This document shows, in pieces, positions 25,683-37,860 of a stretch of DNA of 64,000 nt. How positions within the stretch are numbered: the first letter of the stretch is position 1; each line of letters begins with the position of its first letter. Origin of the DNA: Macrostomum lignano (lineage: Eukaryota); the NCBI GenBank assembly GCA_002269645.1, contig NIVC01003664.1, forward strand, positions 20,263-84,262, read 5' to 3'. The position numbers and the translations under genes are program-made. A model generated the notes under the pieces. It did no database searches, was not told the DNA's origin, and saw nothing but the letters and a program-made list of their open reading frames with translations.

Positions 25683-27441
25683 ATGAAGTCAGTTAAAAGT
25701 ACAATAAAGAGCACATGGACTCCGCTTTCAAAGGACGAGACAAATGCGGCTGTATGTTATACAGAATTATCTGTGAAATTTTTTACAGATTGGTGGATTT
25801 AGTCAATAATAATTAAACTTAATACAGCTTTCTCGTATATTAGGATCCATTGGTTTCGCGCAAAATGGCGTCGTATTTTTTTCATTTTTAAAAATTTCAT
25901 AGCACAAAATTATTATGCAGGCTTGAAAATACAATGACTTTTACTGCAACATGTACGAGCATTGTCTATACTTTAAACTGCTCTAAATGTAATCTATCAT
26001 ATGTTAATTTCATAATTTTGTTTGAAGTACCTAAAAAACACAAAAATAAACAATTAATAATTAAATAAATGAATGTTTAAAACTTTTCATAAATTATAAC
26101 TAACAGTTTGTTTTGAAAAGCAAATTGTAAAATTGTACTCTAAAAGTTTGGGCTACTATTTTGTTCTTTACCTCAAGATTATTTTCTTGGCCAAAAGTTA
26201 TACAGTACTCCAGTATGTACTTTGTTAATCATTTTAAAGCTTAGCTGAACCTTGATGAAAGACAACTCTTAAATTAAATATTTGACATAATATAAATGTT
26301 TAAAGCATCACTTTAATTAAATATAACTGGCTAGATTTGTAAAGATTTTTTCGTTTCATTAAATTTATGAAAAGCAAACCACCTCGTATTTATTTTATGC
26401 CTTTAGTTTTTACAGTAATGTCAATACTTGATGTAATTAAGCTAATTTCCTCTCCTGACTCATTTTAGATTTTTGAGGAACGACGTAACCTTTTAAACAA
26501 ATGGGTAAGCTCATTGGAGAAACATTCGTTATTGTTTATCATATAAAAAATCAGGAATTTTGAATTATGACTTGGTTTCAGTTCGCGAAATGGACCGACG
26601 AGCAGCGAAAGACGGCACTGAACGACCTGGTGCGAGCGTGCAACCAGTCCCAGATCGAACATCTGCACGAAGTCACGAAGCCCAGAGTGGTTCTGCACAA
26701 GGTGGACTTCACCCGCCAGCTGCCAAGGAGCCTCAGCTTGCTGCTGCTGTCCTACTTGGATCCGCGCAGCCTCTGTCGGGCGGCTCAGGTGACTCAAACT
26801 GCCGCCATGACTGGCCCCACCCACTTGCCACGCGACAACCTAGCGCACCTATACAGAACACCACACCCGATTACCACAACAAAGCTCACACTGGATTCCC
26901 TATCCCATCCGCTGACAGGTAAGCTGGTACTGGAACTGGCTGTGCGACTCTGACGAAGTCTGGCTGCCCAAGTGCGCCCGCCTTGGCTGGTTCCTGCCCG
27001 CCCAGGCGCATCGGGACGTTGAAAGCTTCACCTTCTGGACTGGCAAAGCCGTCACGCCCGGAGTCTACAAGCGGCTGTACTTGGAGAACCTCACCAGCCT
27101 GCAGGTATGAGAGGGAGAGTACGGAGGGAGAAGGAGAGAGGGTCCAGGTTCGACCCTGGGCTGTGGCACTCCGTCGACCTCAAGGAATAGTACAACAAAG
27201 CGTGCCTGGGGGGCATCGAATTCACTGCATTATTTAGTTAGTTAGTTGGTTAGTTAGCTCAGTTAGTTAGTAGTGAGTTAGTTAGTTTGTTTGTTTGTTT
27301 GTGAGTTAGTTAGTTAGTTATTTAGTTTGTTTGTTTGTTTGTTTGTTTGTTTGTTAGTTAGTTAGTGAGTTAGTTAGTTAGCTCAGTTAGTTAGTAGTGA
27401 GTTAGTTAGTTTGTTTGCTTGTGAGTTAGTTAGTTAGTTAT

Positions 27442-27510
<69 letters not shown>

Positions 27511-27559
27511 CAGTTAGTTAGTTCGTTAGTTAGTTAGTTAGTTAGTTACTTAGTCAGTG

Positions 27560-27625
<66 letters not shown>

Positions 27626-27716
27626 CTCAGTTAGTTAGTAGTGAGTTAGTTAGTTTGTTAGTTTGTTTGTTAGTTAGTTAGTTAGTTATTTAGTTTGTTA
27701 GTTTGTTTGTTAGTTT

Positions 27717-27772
<56 letters not shown>

Positions 27773-27807
27773 GTTAGTTAGTTAGTTAGTTAGTTAGTTT
27801 GTTAGTG

Positions 27808-27838
<31 letters not shown>

Positions 27839-27891
27839 GAGTTAGTTAGTTAGTTAGTCAGTGAGTTAGTTAGTTAGTTAGTTAGTTAGTC

Positions 27892-27954
<63 letters not shown>

Positions 27955-27955
27955 C

Positions 27956-28036
<81 letters not shown>

Positions 28037-29025
28037 TGTAACAGGGGTTTTACCTCCTACTTTATCAATTTTAATCCCAACCGCTGATACCAAGTTGTTA
28101 CAGGCGTGATTCTCCCTTCTTAATAATATCTCACTGCTGACACCAAGTTGTTACAGGGTTTTTGGCTCTCTATAAAATTCCACTGTTATGCCACCAGAGT
28201 TGTACCAGGGCTAATTTACTATTCTCTTAAGTGTTCTTGTTAGGTTGGTAGCTGCCACCAAGATTATTCTATTAATAAATTATGAGTTTATCAATATTTG
28301 AATAATCTGAAAAATGTTTCTTAGAATAGGTCTGAGTATTTAGTCTGAGTATTTAGTCTGAGTATTAGTCTGAGTATTATTCTTAGAAAAACTGTTAGCC
28401 CTGAGAGGTGTACTCTTCTGATTATTCTGGTAGCGTTCTATTATTCTGGTAGCGTTATACTTAATAATGGCCTGAGCGGTATTTTGGCTTACTGGTATAT
28501 ATATTTCATGTACTTTGCAAGTCCTTGGGCGTTACCGAGATCAGAGGGTCACAGCCTCCGTTATTCTTACACGTCTTACTTCAGATCTACTTCGCAACTT
28601 ATCACTACTCAACACTTTCCTTCTTAGTAGTATATACGGTACACACCTCCGTCTACTTCACTCTTACTTCTTAAAGGAATGAATACAGAAACACTTCTTC
28701 AATTCTTATTTTCTCGGAACTCTTATTAATTGCTATCAACTGTTTTATTGAACCGCGATGCGCGAGGTTGCTTCTCCCTCCGCCAAATTTGCCTGTATTT
28801 ATAATAATTTTTCTCGTAGATTAAAACAAAAATTAACTCGCGTAAAATATTATCAAAAATACGAGTAGTAAAACAAAAATGCGTCGTAGTTTTTTGGCGT
28901 GAATTTAAAATGTAATAAATGATAGCTATTTTTTTGAAAGCAATCGGGAGGGGCCCTTTACAGTTAGTTAGTCAGTTAGTTACTTAGTTACTTAGTTAGT
29001 TAGTTAGTCAGTTAGTTAGTTAGTC

Positions 29026-29078
<53 letters not shown>

Positions 29079-29399
29079 CTTAGTTAGTTACTTAGTTAGT
29101 CAGTCAGTTAGTTCGTTAGTTAGTTAGCTGACCCGAATCTCCACCCACAGGTGGAGGGCCCGACCCTAAAGGAGATGCAGCGCCTGCAGGAGACGGCACG
29201 CAGGCAGGACGAGGCCAAGGCCCGAAAAGCCAAGGCCAAGCGCGAGGCCGAGCTGGCCAAGAAGCGCACCCTGTCTGGCGCAGTCTGGCGCGCACCGGAC
29301 AAGCACCCGGTGGACACCATGCGCTACAACTACTTGGATCGTCGGGACATTCAACAGATGGAGAGCCGGCGCAAAGAGCCGCAGCCGCACAACACGTAG
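25683..29399 (+). CDS. FBXO16: F-box only protein 16, 248 aa
   Basis: Exons 25683-25751 (MKSVKSTIKSTWTPL...), 26469-26504 (IFEERRNLLNKW), 26582-26788 (FAKWTDEQR...DFTRQLPRSLSLLLLSYLDPRSLCRAAQ), 26919-27104 (VSWYWNWLCDSDEVWLPKC...) and 29151-29399 (...WRAPDKHPVDTMRYNYLD...). All are phase 0 and GT-AG. The motifs match vertebrate FBXO16 as I recall it (STWTPL, FEERR, KWTD, LDPRSLCR, DKHP..RFNYLD). Confidence 0.9.
27235..29127. repeat. (TTAG)n/(TTTG)n microsatellite interrupted by a 926-bp insertion
   Basis: Arrays at about 27235-28036 and 28963-29127. Confidence 0.97.
28037..28962. mobile_element. Solo-LTR-like element (TG...CA)
   Basis: Starts TGTAACAGGGG and ends CCCTTTACA, an imperfect short inverted repeat. 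GTTA flanks both sides. It contains small internal direct repeats, TATAAAA at about 28171 and AATAAA at about 28274. Confidence 0.6.
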
Positions 29400-29463
29400 G
29401 AAGCCGCTTTGTTGATCCTTATAAAATCGACCATTAAACCTCATTGAACCGAAGCCTAATTAG

Positions 29464-29987
29464 ACATCTTTGGATGAGCAATCTACCGAATCACCTGCCA
29501 CTGGGCCGCCCGCTCCCCCTGGATCCCGCAGGATGCGCAGCGTCGTGCTGACGGGCACAGGCAAGCTGCCGGCCGGGGCCGCCTCAGTCGCAGCTGGCGA
29601 CGCAGCTTCAAAGAAGCGACACGCCGTCAACATCCGAGCTCTGCATCAGGTGTGGCAAACATAAAGTCATGATAATAAGAGCAATAAAAATTCAGTGTCT
29701 ACTTTCGCACTTTTCTACTAACAAGTAGTCAAGTTTGAATGTGCAGCCGAATAAAATAAGAAAAAATCTCCGCGCAGAGACTGCAATCGGACACGACGGT
29801 GACTCGCGGCAACCCCGAGCTTCCGCCTAGCGCTGGCAAAAATTTCAAGACCGTCGATTTAGCGGAACCCTCCGGGGGCGGCGGCGGTGGCGGCGGCGGT
29901 GGCGGCGGCTACCTGGTGGAGACTCTGCTGGACGGTCAGCTGATGGAGTCGCGGCCTTGGACGCTGAACGAAGGCGAGCTGGAGTAG
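29464..29987 (+). CDS. Two additional in-frame exons downstream of FBXO16 (possible alternative 3' end or separate small gene)
   Basis: GC-rich blocks 29464-29649 and 29778-29987 join in frame via CAG|GTGTGG...CGCAG|AGA (..RALHQ|RLQSDTT..). Confidence 0.45.
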
Positions 29988-30404
29988 GGTTAATTCCGCT
30001 ATTTGAATTCGCGTCCTGGCCTCCAAATCTACTGTCTAGTAGTATTCTGTGCATGTTAATTTCATTCATACGCTCGAGAACTGCTTCGCTGTTGAAGTAG
30101 AAGCAGAACGTTATTTCTGCAGAACATTGATATGCTTTAGCTAGCCTGTTTAAGTTTAGCTACAATATGCTCGCACTATCACTATAATTCGTGACCCAAT
30201 AAAAGGCACAAAATTTTCTGCTACTGCTTCAACGTATGGTACTCATAGCTCAATAAAACGCCCCCAGCCCGTGCTCAGTGAGAGACAGGATTAGGAAAAA
30301 AAGTTTATTGAAATTTTACCAGGAGTGACTCCATTTTCCATAGATTAACTACCGCGAATCAAAAAGTAAAGAAGCTCCTTTACGATCGTTAATGATTTCA
30401 TCAG

Positions 30405-31395
30405 CCGGGAATGATTTGCAATTGTCCATGGCTTTAATCCGGGAATGAATAGCAATTCTCTATGGCTTTAAGCCTAGAATGAGTTGCAATTGTCTATGGC
30501 TTTAAGCCTAGAATGAGTTGCAATTGTCTATGGCTTTAAGCCTAGAATGAGTTGCAATTGTCTATGGCTTTAAGCCTAGAATGAGTTGCAATTGTCTATG
30601 GCTTTAAGCCTAGAATGAGTTGCAATTGTCTATGGCTTTAAGCCTAGAATGAGTTGCAATTGTCTATGGCTTTAAGCCTAGAATGAGTTGCAATTGTCTA
30701 TGGCTTTAAGTCAAGAATGAGTTGCAATTGTCTATGGCTTTAAGCCTAGAATGAGTTGCAATTGTCTATGGCTTTAAGTCAAGAATGAGTTGCAATTGTC
30801 TATGGCTTTAAGCCTAGAATGAGTTGCAATTGTCTATGGCTTTAAGCCTAGAATGAGTTGCAATTGTCTATGGCTTTAAGCCTAGAATGAGTTGCAATTG
30901 TCTATGGCTTTAAGCCTAGAATGAGTTGCAATTGTCTATGGCTTTAAGTCAAGAATGAGTTGCAATTGTCTATGGCTTTAAGCCTAGAATGAGTTGCAAT
31001 TGTCTATGGCTTTAAGCCTAGAATGAGTTGCAATTGTCTATGGCTTTAAGCCTAGAATGAGTTGCAATTGTCTATGGCTTTAAGTCAAGAATGAGTTGCA
31101 ATTGTCTATGGCTTTAAGTCAAGAATGAGTTGCAATTGTCTATGGCTTTAAGCCTAGAATGAGTTGCAATTGTCTATGGCTTTAAGCCTAGAATGAGTTG
31201 CAATTGTCTATGGCTTTAAGTCAAGAATGAGTTGCAATTGTCTATGGCTTTAAGTCAAGAATGAGTTGCAATTGTCTATGGCTTTAAGCCTAGAATGAGT
31301 TGCAATTGTCTATGGCTTTAAGCCTAGAATGAGTTGCAATTGTCTATGGCTTTAAGTCAAGAATGAGTTGCAATTGTCTATGGCTTTAAGTCAAG
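30405..31395. repeat. 34-bp minisatellite (GCCTAGAATGAGTTGCAATTGTCTATGGCTTTAA)n
   Basis: About 28 copies in two variants (GCCT/GTCA). Two more diverged units sit at the left edge. Confidence 0.97.
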
Positions 31396-31922
31396 AAATA
31401 TTTGTTGCCATTCAAATAGTACGAAGCTGAGAGCGCTGTATAAACGTTGGAGCAGTAACAGGAAAAAATTACCTTTTTATAAGATCACCTCACCCACTAA
31501 AGGGTCCTTCTGAGGCATACTGTAAAGCATCGCAGATTGATAGGAAACTATACTCGTATTATTTTTGTTGCTGACACAGCAGAAATAAAACCAATTTATT
31601 GTCAATCACTGCAAATTGGCCGACAAGTTTTTCTGGCTTTCGAATTCAGTGAGAATTTTGAATAAAATCTAGGATTTTTTCATTTCCGTCGTAATTCTCA
31701 GTCACCAGCAGCAGCATACAAAAACCTCTGAATATTAGTCATAGATCAGACCATATATGGAAAGTCTGCAATCAAAACGCATGTTAAGCATGTCCGCTTT
31801 TCTCACCAGAAAATTTATTACAATCGTTAAATAAAACAAAACTGATGCTTTTCCACTGTCCGGAAATGAAAAATTTCTGAAAATTATTAAATTTCTGCAG
31901 CTTTGAACCAATTCTAATGAAC

Positions 31923-32960
<1,038 letters not shown>

Positions 32961-34499
32961 ATTGTCTGTGTGTTTACTTGGACCTTTCGTCAGTATTTTT
33001 CCATGGACGACCCGTTTTAACTGGACCCCTTACGTGGACCACCATATATATTTCTACATGAAAGGTTAAAGATGTTTTACATAGACCTATGATGGAGTCT
33101 ACCAGAAAACGATCGTGGTCCCTAAAGTTGCTCACTCGAAGTTCTTTTGGTTCCAAGTTACAACGGTTTCAGTTTACCTGGACCTTTTACTCGGTCCACC
33201 TAAACCGATTTTCGAGGTCCACGTAAATCGAAATTTCACATGACCCATTTTCAAAAACTGTCTGTTTGGTGTTTGTTTTGTGTCTGTTAGGTAAATTGGT
33301 AGCTGAGGCGGAAGGCCTTTTAGTTTCAATAGATGGAATGGCAGCGAAGATCTTGCGCTGCTTTGCGCGTATATTTATATTACAAACAGCGCGAGATTAT
33401 TGAGGGGCCTAGGGAGGTGCGCACATGTGGCGTGGCGTGATTGGCTACGCAAACCCTCCTTCCTGGCTTAGCGAGCCGGCTGGCGCGGTGCGCCACCACC
33501 CCACCTCAGCTAGACAGAGGTTGGCGGGGGGGGGGGTTTCCAGTGCGGCTGCACTGGTGCTGCCGGTCGCGTAGTCTGGCCGCCACATAGCTAAATTTGT
33601 CGATTTGCTGTAATCGTGAAAGCGTTGTTTTGCGAAAAAATAACAAATTTTGTAAGCAACAATATGTATAATGGATTTGGGGCTTGGACGACAGACGGAA
33701 CTATTATATGCTATTAATTTCGAAACAATTTTTATAAAAAATCACGATATTGCATCACAGCATTGAGTCTCCTCTCCACCTTGAGCTACTAAAAATTCTT
33801 CTAAGATCGCAATTGTAAGTGATGCAACTGGCCACCTGTGCTGCAGGGAATGATGTATTTACACAATCACACACTATGAAGTAATGATTGATAACAGGCT
33901 GTTTCGTACGAGCTATATACCTGTATCTTATTATGTCAAAGCCAAAACGAAAGCCATATTTGTATCGCTATCTTTGAAAGTCGTAGCTTATCCGAACATT
34001 TAAGTGCCTTTAACCAAATTCATTGGACGGAAAATCCAGAGTACATCGTGTGATTGGACTAAGTGAGCCGCTCTTATGCTTAAAGGAGCCTCACACTCCT
34101 TGAAAGATAGCGGCCTCCAGTGGTTCCCCTAAAACGATGTCCTGTAGCACAGACTAATCTCTACCCCCTTATTTTAGCATGACTGCTTGTCTCATTGTAC
34201 ACAGCAATGTACACTAGTTGTTTGCTTTTTATTAAGACAGCTGATGTCGGGAGATAAGAATTCTAGAATTTTCTGTTTCAAGACTGTGCAGTGTGAATAG
34301 ACACTGGCCAACCAGTGGGGTATCTCAATGGGCACTGTACATTTGCCAGCCACAGAATCTCGCTAACCAATGTCTAATGAAATTGGCGTGGTGTTGCTTG
34401 CCTATAGAAGCCTCGCAATCAGGTCCATTGAAACCCAGACCCGTTGCAATATTAGGCCCCGTTGCAATTGCAACTGCAAGTATAGGAAGAATATCCTGT

Positions 34500-34757
34500 A
34501 GAAAACGGCCGAAAATATTTTACGTCGAAAGGATTGAGAAGTGCTGCAAAAAGAAGTTTTTTATAAAGTGGACTGACTATCCCAGGTAAGAAAATTTTCA
34601 AAAAAGAATTACCTCTAAATAATAATTTTCCTTAACTTGTAAAAAATTTAAGGCTTTACTGCTTTTCATTTTTAACATGCTTTGTAGGAGTGAAAACACA
34701 TGGGAGCCGAAAAAAATATCCCCGAGAACATCGTCAAGGCTCTGCACTCTGAGTGCG
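34500..34757 (+). pseudogene. Spliced chromodomain fragment (one apparent 1-nt frameshift)
   Basis: IFYVERIEKCCKKKFFIKWTDYP(R)|SENTWEP joined across intron 34586-34687 (AG|GTAAG...TTGTAG|G). Adding one A to the 7-A run gives KKNIPENIVKALHSEC before the donor at 34758. Confidence 0.75.
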
Positions 34758-35331
34758 GTAAGCTATACTGTACAGTCAATATCAATAGCAAACAATAGCA
34801 CATTTGCATCAACAACTTATACAGTATTACATTATTTTATACATTTCAGGCAAGTGCTTTCCATCAAGTCAGTAAGTTTTGTTGTAACGTGTTATTAAAA
34901 TTTTTGATTTTGCGCTTTACTTAAACTATGAACAAATATTGTGGACACAATTCTCCTTTATGTTTTTCTTTGATTCGAAATTCCTATAAAGTACAAAATG
35001 ATTAGCTTTAGATGAACTAAACAGCTGAACTACTACAACCACTTTCTTCTACGCTTCATACTTCAAAGTAAACAGTCAGTAATTGATTAGGGTCCAGCTA
35101 ACACACCGTGACACCAACAGACAGACGCAGTCAGTTTAAGATGGTGCCCCGATCTGGGGTCCAGCTAACACACCGTGACACCAACAGACAGACGCAGTCA
35201 GTTTAAGATGGTGCCCCGATCTGGGGTCCAGCTAACACACCGTGACACCAACAGACAGACGAGTCTAGCAAGCTTAGAAAGGTGTCCGTTTTCGATTGGA
35301 GCTTTTGTTCTGTCAGTGATGTACTTTCCTT

Positions 35332-35822
35332 ATGCGCACCCAACAGCAGGACTCGGGCAGTATGCCAAAGCAACGTTGCTTGGCCAGTCCTACGTCCAGT
35401 TTTCAAGAGAACAACTCTGTTTTTATCGGTGACGATTTTGCTGAAGCTTTTGACCCAGATGCATTGTCTTTGGACGTCGACTCAGTGGAAATGAGCGAGC
35501 TTGATAGTGATCTGCACCCGGCAATGCAAAGTATTGCTGATACTTATGATGAATACTTTCATGCAGCAAAAGGAAAAGTTGAAGCATCGTGGTGAAGAAG
35601 GTTCGAATGATGTGGATGAAGATGATGATTCTGAAGTCATTTGGGAAGAATGTGAGGAATACGATCTTCTTCGGCGTCACGCTCGAGTATCTCCTGATAA
35701 AAAGAAGCACAGCTGTTTATTTTGTGGCGAACTTTTTTCGAAGCTGCCTCGCCATCTGATTAGTAGGCATTTAAATGAACTGGAAGTCCAGGAAGCTAAA
35801 TCGCATCCTAAGAACTCTAAAG
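35332..35822 (+). pseudogene. Acidic region plus CxxC...H...H finger-like fragment (frameshifted)
   Basis: D/E-rich reading followed, after one frameshift near 35570-35595, by KKKHSCLFCGELFSKLPRHLISRHLNELEVQEAKSHPKNSK. It ends at AAG|GCAAG, a GC-type donor consensus. Confidence 0.6.
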
Positions 35823-36344
35823 GCAAGCAGTTTTTTACCATTTTTGTGAGACATTAACAATGTTTTTTCAAGATTTTTGAGAAAGAAAATGATACATTGG
35901 TGACGACATCGTGAACGTTTTTCGCTATTATATTTGCTAAATTTTTATTTGCTATTTATGTCTGTTGCTAGTGTGCGTTCCCAGTGTGTTTTTTTCTATT
36001 TGTGCCATTGTTAAAGTCCTCGGCAAATGATTTTATTCGCTAGGCTGCAGATTTGGATTATCTAGTCCCACAACTCCAAATTCGAATTAAAACTTAGTGC
36101 CGCTACTTTGTAGGGATCAGTTAGACAAATAGTTGTGTGGTTAAACCGTGTCTGTTGCAAGTGTGCGTTCCCAGTGTGTTTTTAGCAGTTTTTTGTATCA
36201 ACTATTTAAATGGCTTATACAAAATTGTATTAATTGAAAAAATGAAAAACGGCAGAAATAAATTGCAACGTTTTGCGTTTCTTTAAAATTTTTCCCTTAT
36301 GTTAAATCGATTATTTACAATCGCGTCCGTCTGTCTTTAACCTT

Positions 36345-36735
36345 AGCTGTCAGTGTTAGTAGTAGAGAAAACTCAAAATCAACATTTTTGTTTCTTAGAC
36401 TTTTGCCAATGCATTTCGACCACAATCGGTCATCTTCAGGGCAGACACGTCAATTAATCACACAGAACCATGTTATAAAAATACTTTATTTTAAGAAATG
36501 AAAACTGTAAAATGTCATGTGCAAATCAATTTCAGTCCAGTCTCGTTAACAAGAGAAAGAAAACCTGAATAAAGTTCAACGAGACTGCCAACCTAGCTAA
36601 AACACATTTGAGCTGGCGGCTTGCACCCCCATGGCTAACTGGCTGTTCAAATTTGGTTTCTGAGCCTTGATGTACATCGCCTCCAGAATGTTCAATTTGT
36701 TTTCTCTGCTACAGGAATCGATAACTTTATCGAAA
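36345..36735 (-). mobile_element. 5'-truncated Penelope-like retroelement fragment
   Basis: 36728-36597 encodes KVIDSCSRENKLNILEAMYIKAQKPNLNSQ...*, the typical C-terminus of a PLE GIY-YIG endonuclease (L.I.EA.YI...P.LN.Q). The hammerhead motif follows downstream. Confidence 0.75.
36404..36443 (-). ncRNA. Minimal type I hammerhead ribozyme-like motif
   Basis: The minus strand reads UGCC-CUGAAGA-U-GACC(GAUUGU)GGUC-GAAA-UGCA-UU-GGCA. This gives both core boxes, a 4-bp stem II, a palindromic stem III (AUGCAU) and a 4-bp stem I. Confidence 0.65.
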
Positions 36736-36943
36736 GCATACAAAAGACCCCAGAATATTAGTCATAGATCAGACCATATATGGAAAGTCTGCAATCAAAA
36801 CGCATGTTAAGCATGTCCGCTTTTCTCACCAGAAAATTTATTACAATCGTTAAATAAAACAAAATTGATGCTTTTCCACTGTCCGGAAATGAAAAATTTC
36901 TGAAAATTATTAAATTTCTGCAGCTTTGAACCAATTCTAATGA

Positions 36944-37852
<909 letters not shown>

Positions 37853-37860
<8 letters not shown>

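Larger units (their letters stand above)
32963..36340 (+). mobile_element. Putative DNA-element body A next to (TCTG)n, carrying chromodomain and Zn-finger-like gene fragments
   Basis: The left end TGTCTGTGTGTTTACTTGGACC and block 33168-33290 are homologous to body B (37853 onward and 38064-38190). It contains GGTCCA-TAA motifs. The right end is undefined. Confidence 0.5.

Noticed and set aside
27960-28036. (TTAG)n as an interstitial telomere remnant
   Set aside because: The unit is TTAG, not TTAGG or TTAGGG, and it behaves as an ordinary intronic tetranucleotide microsatellite.
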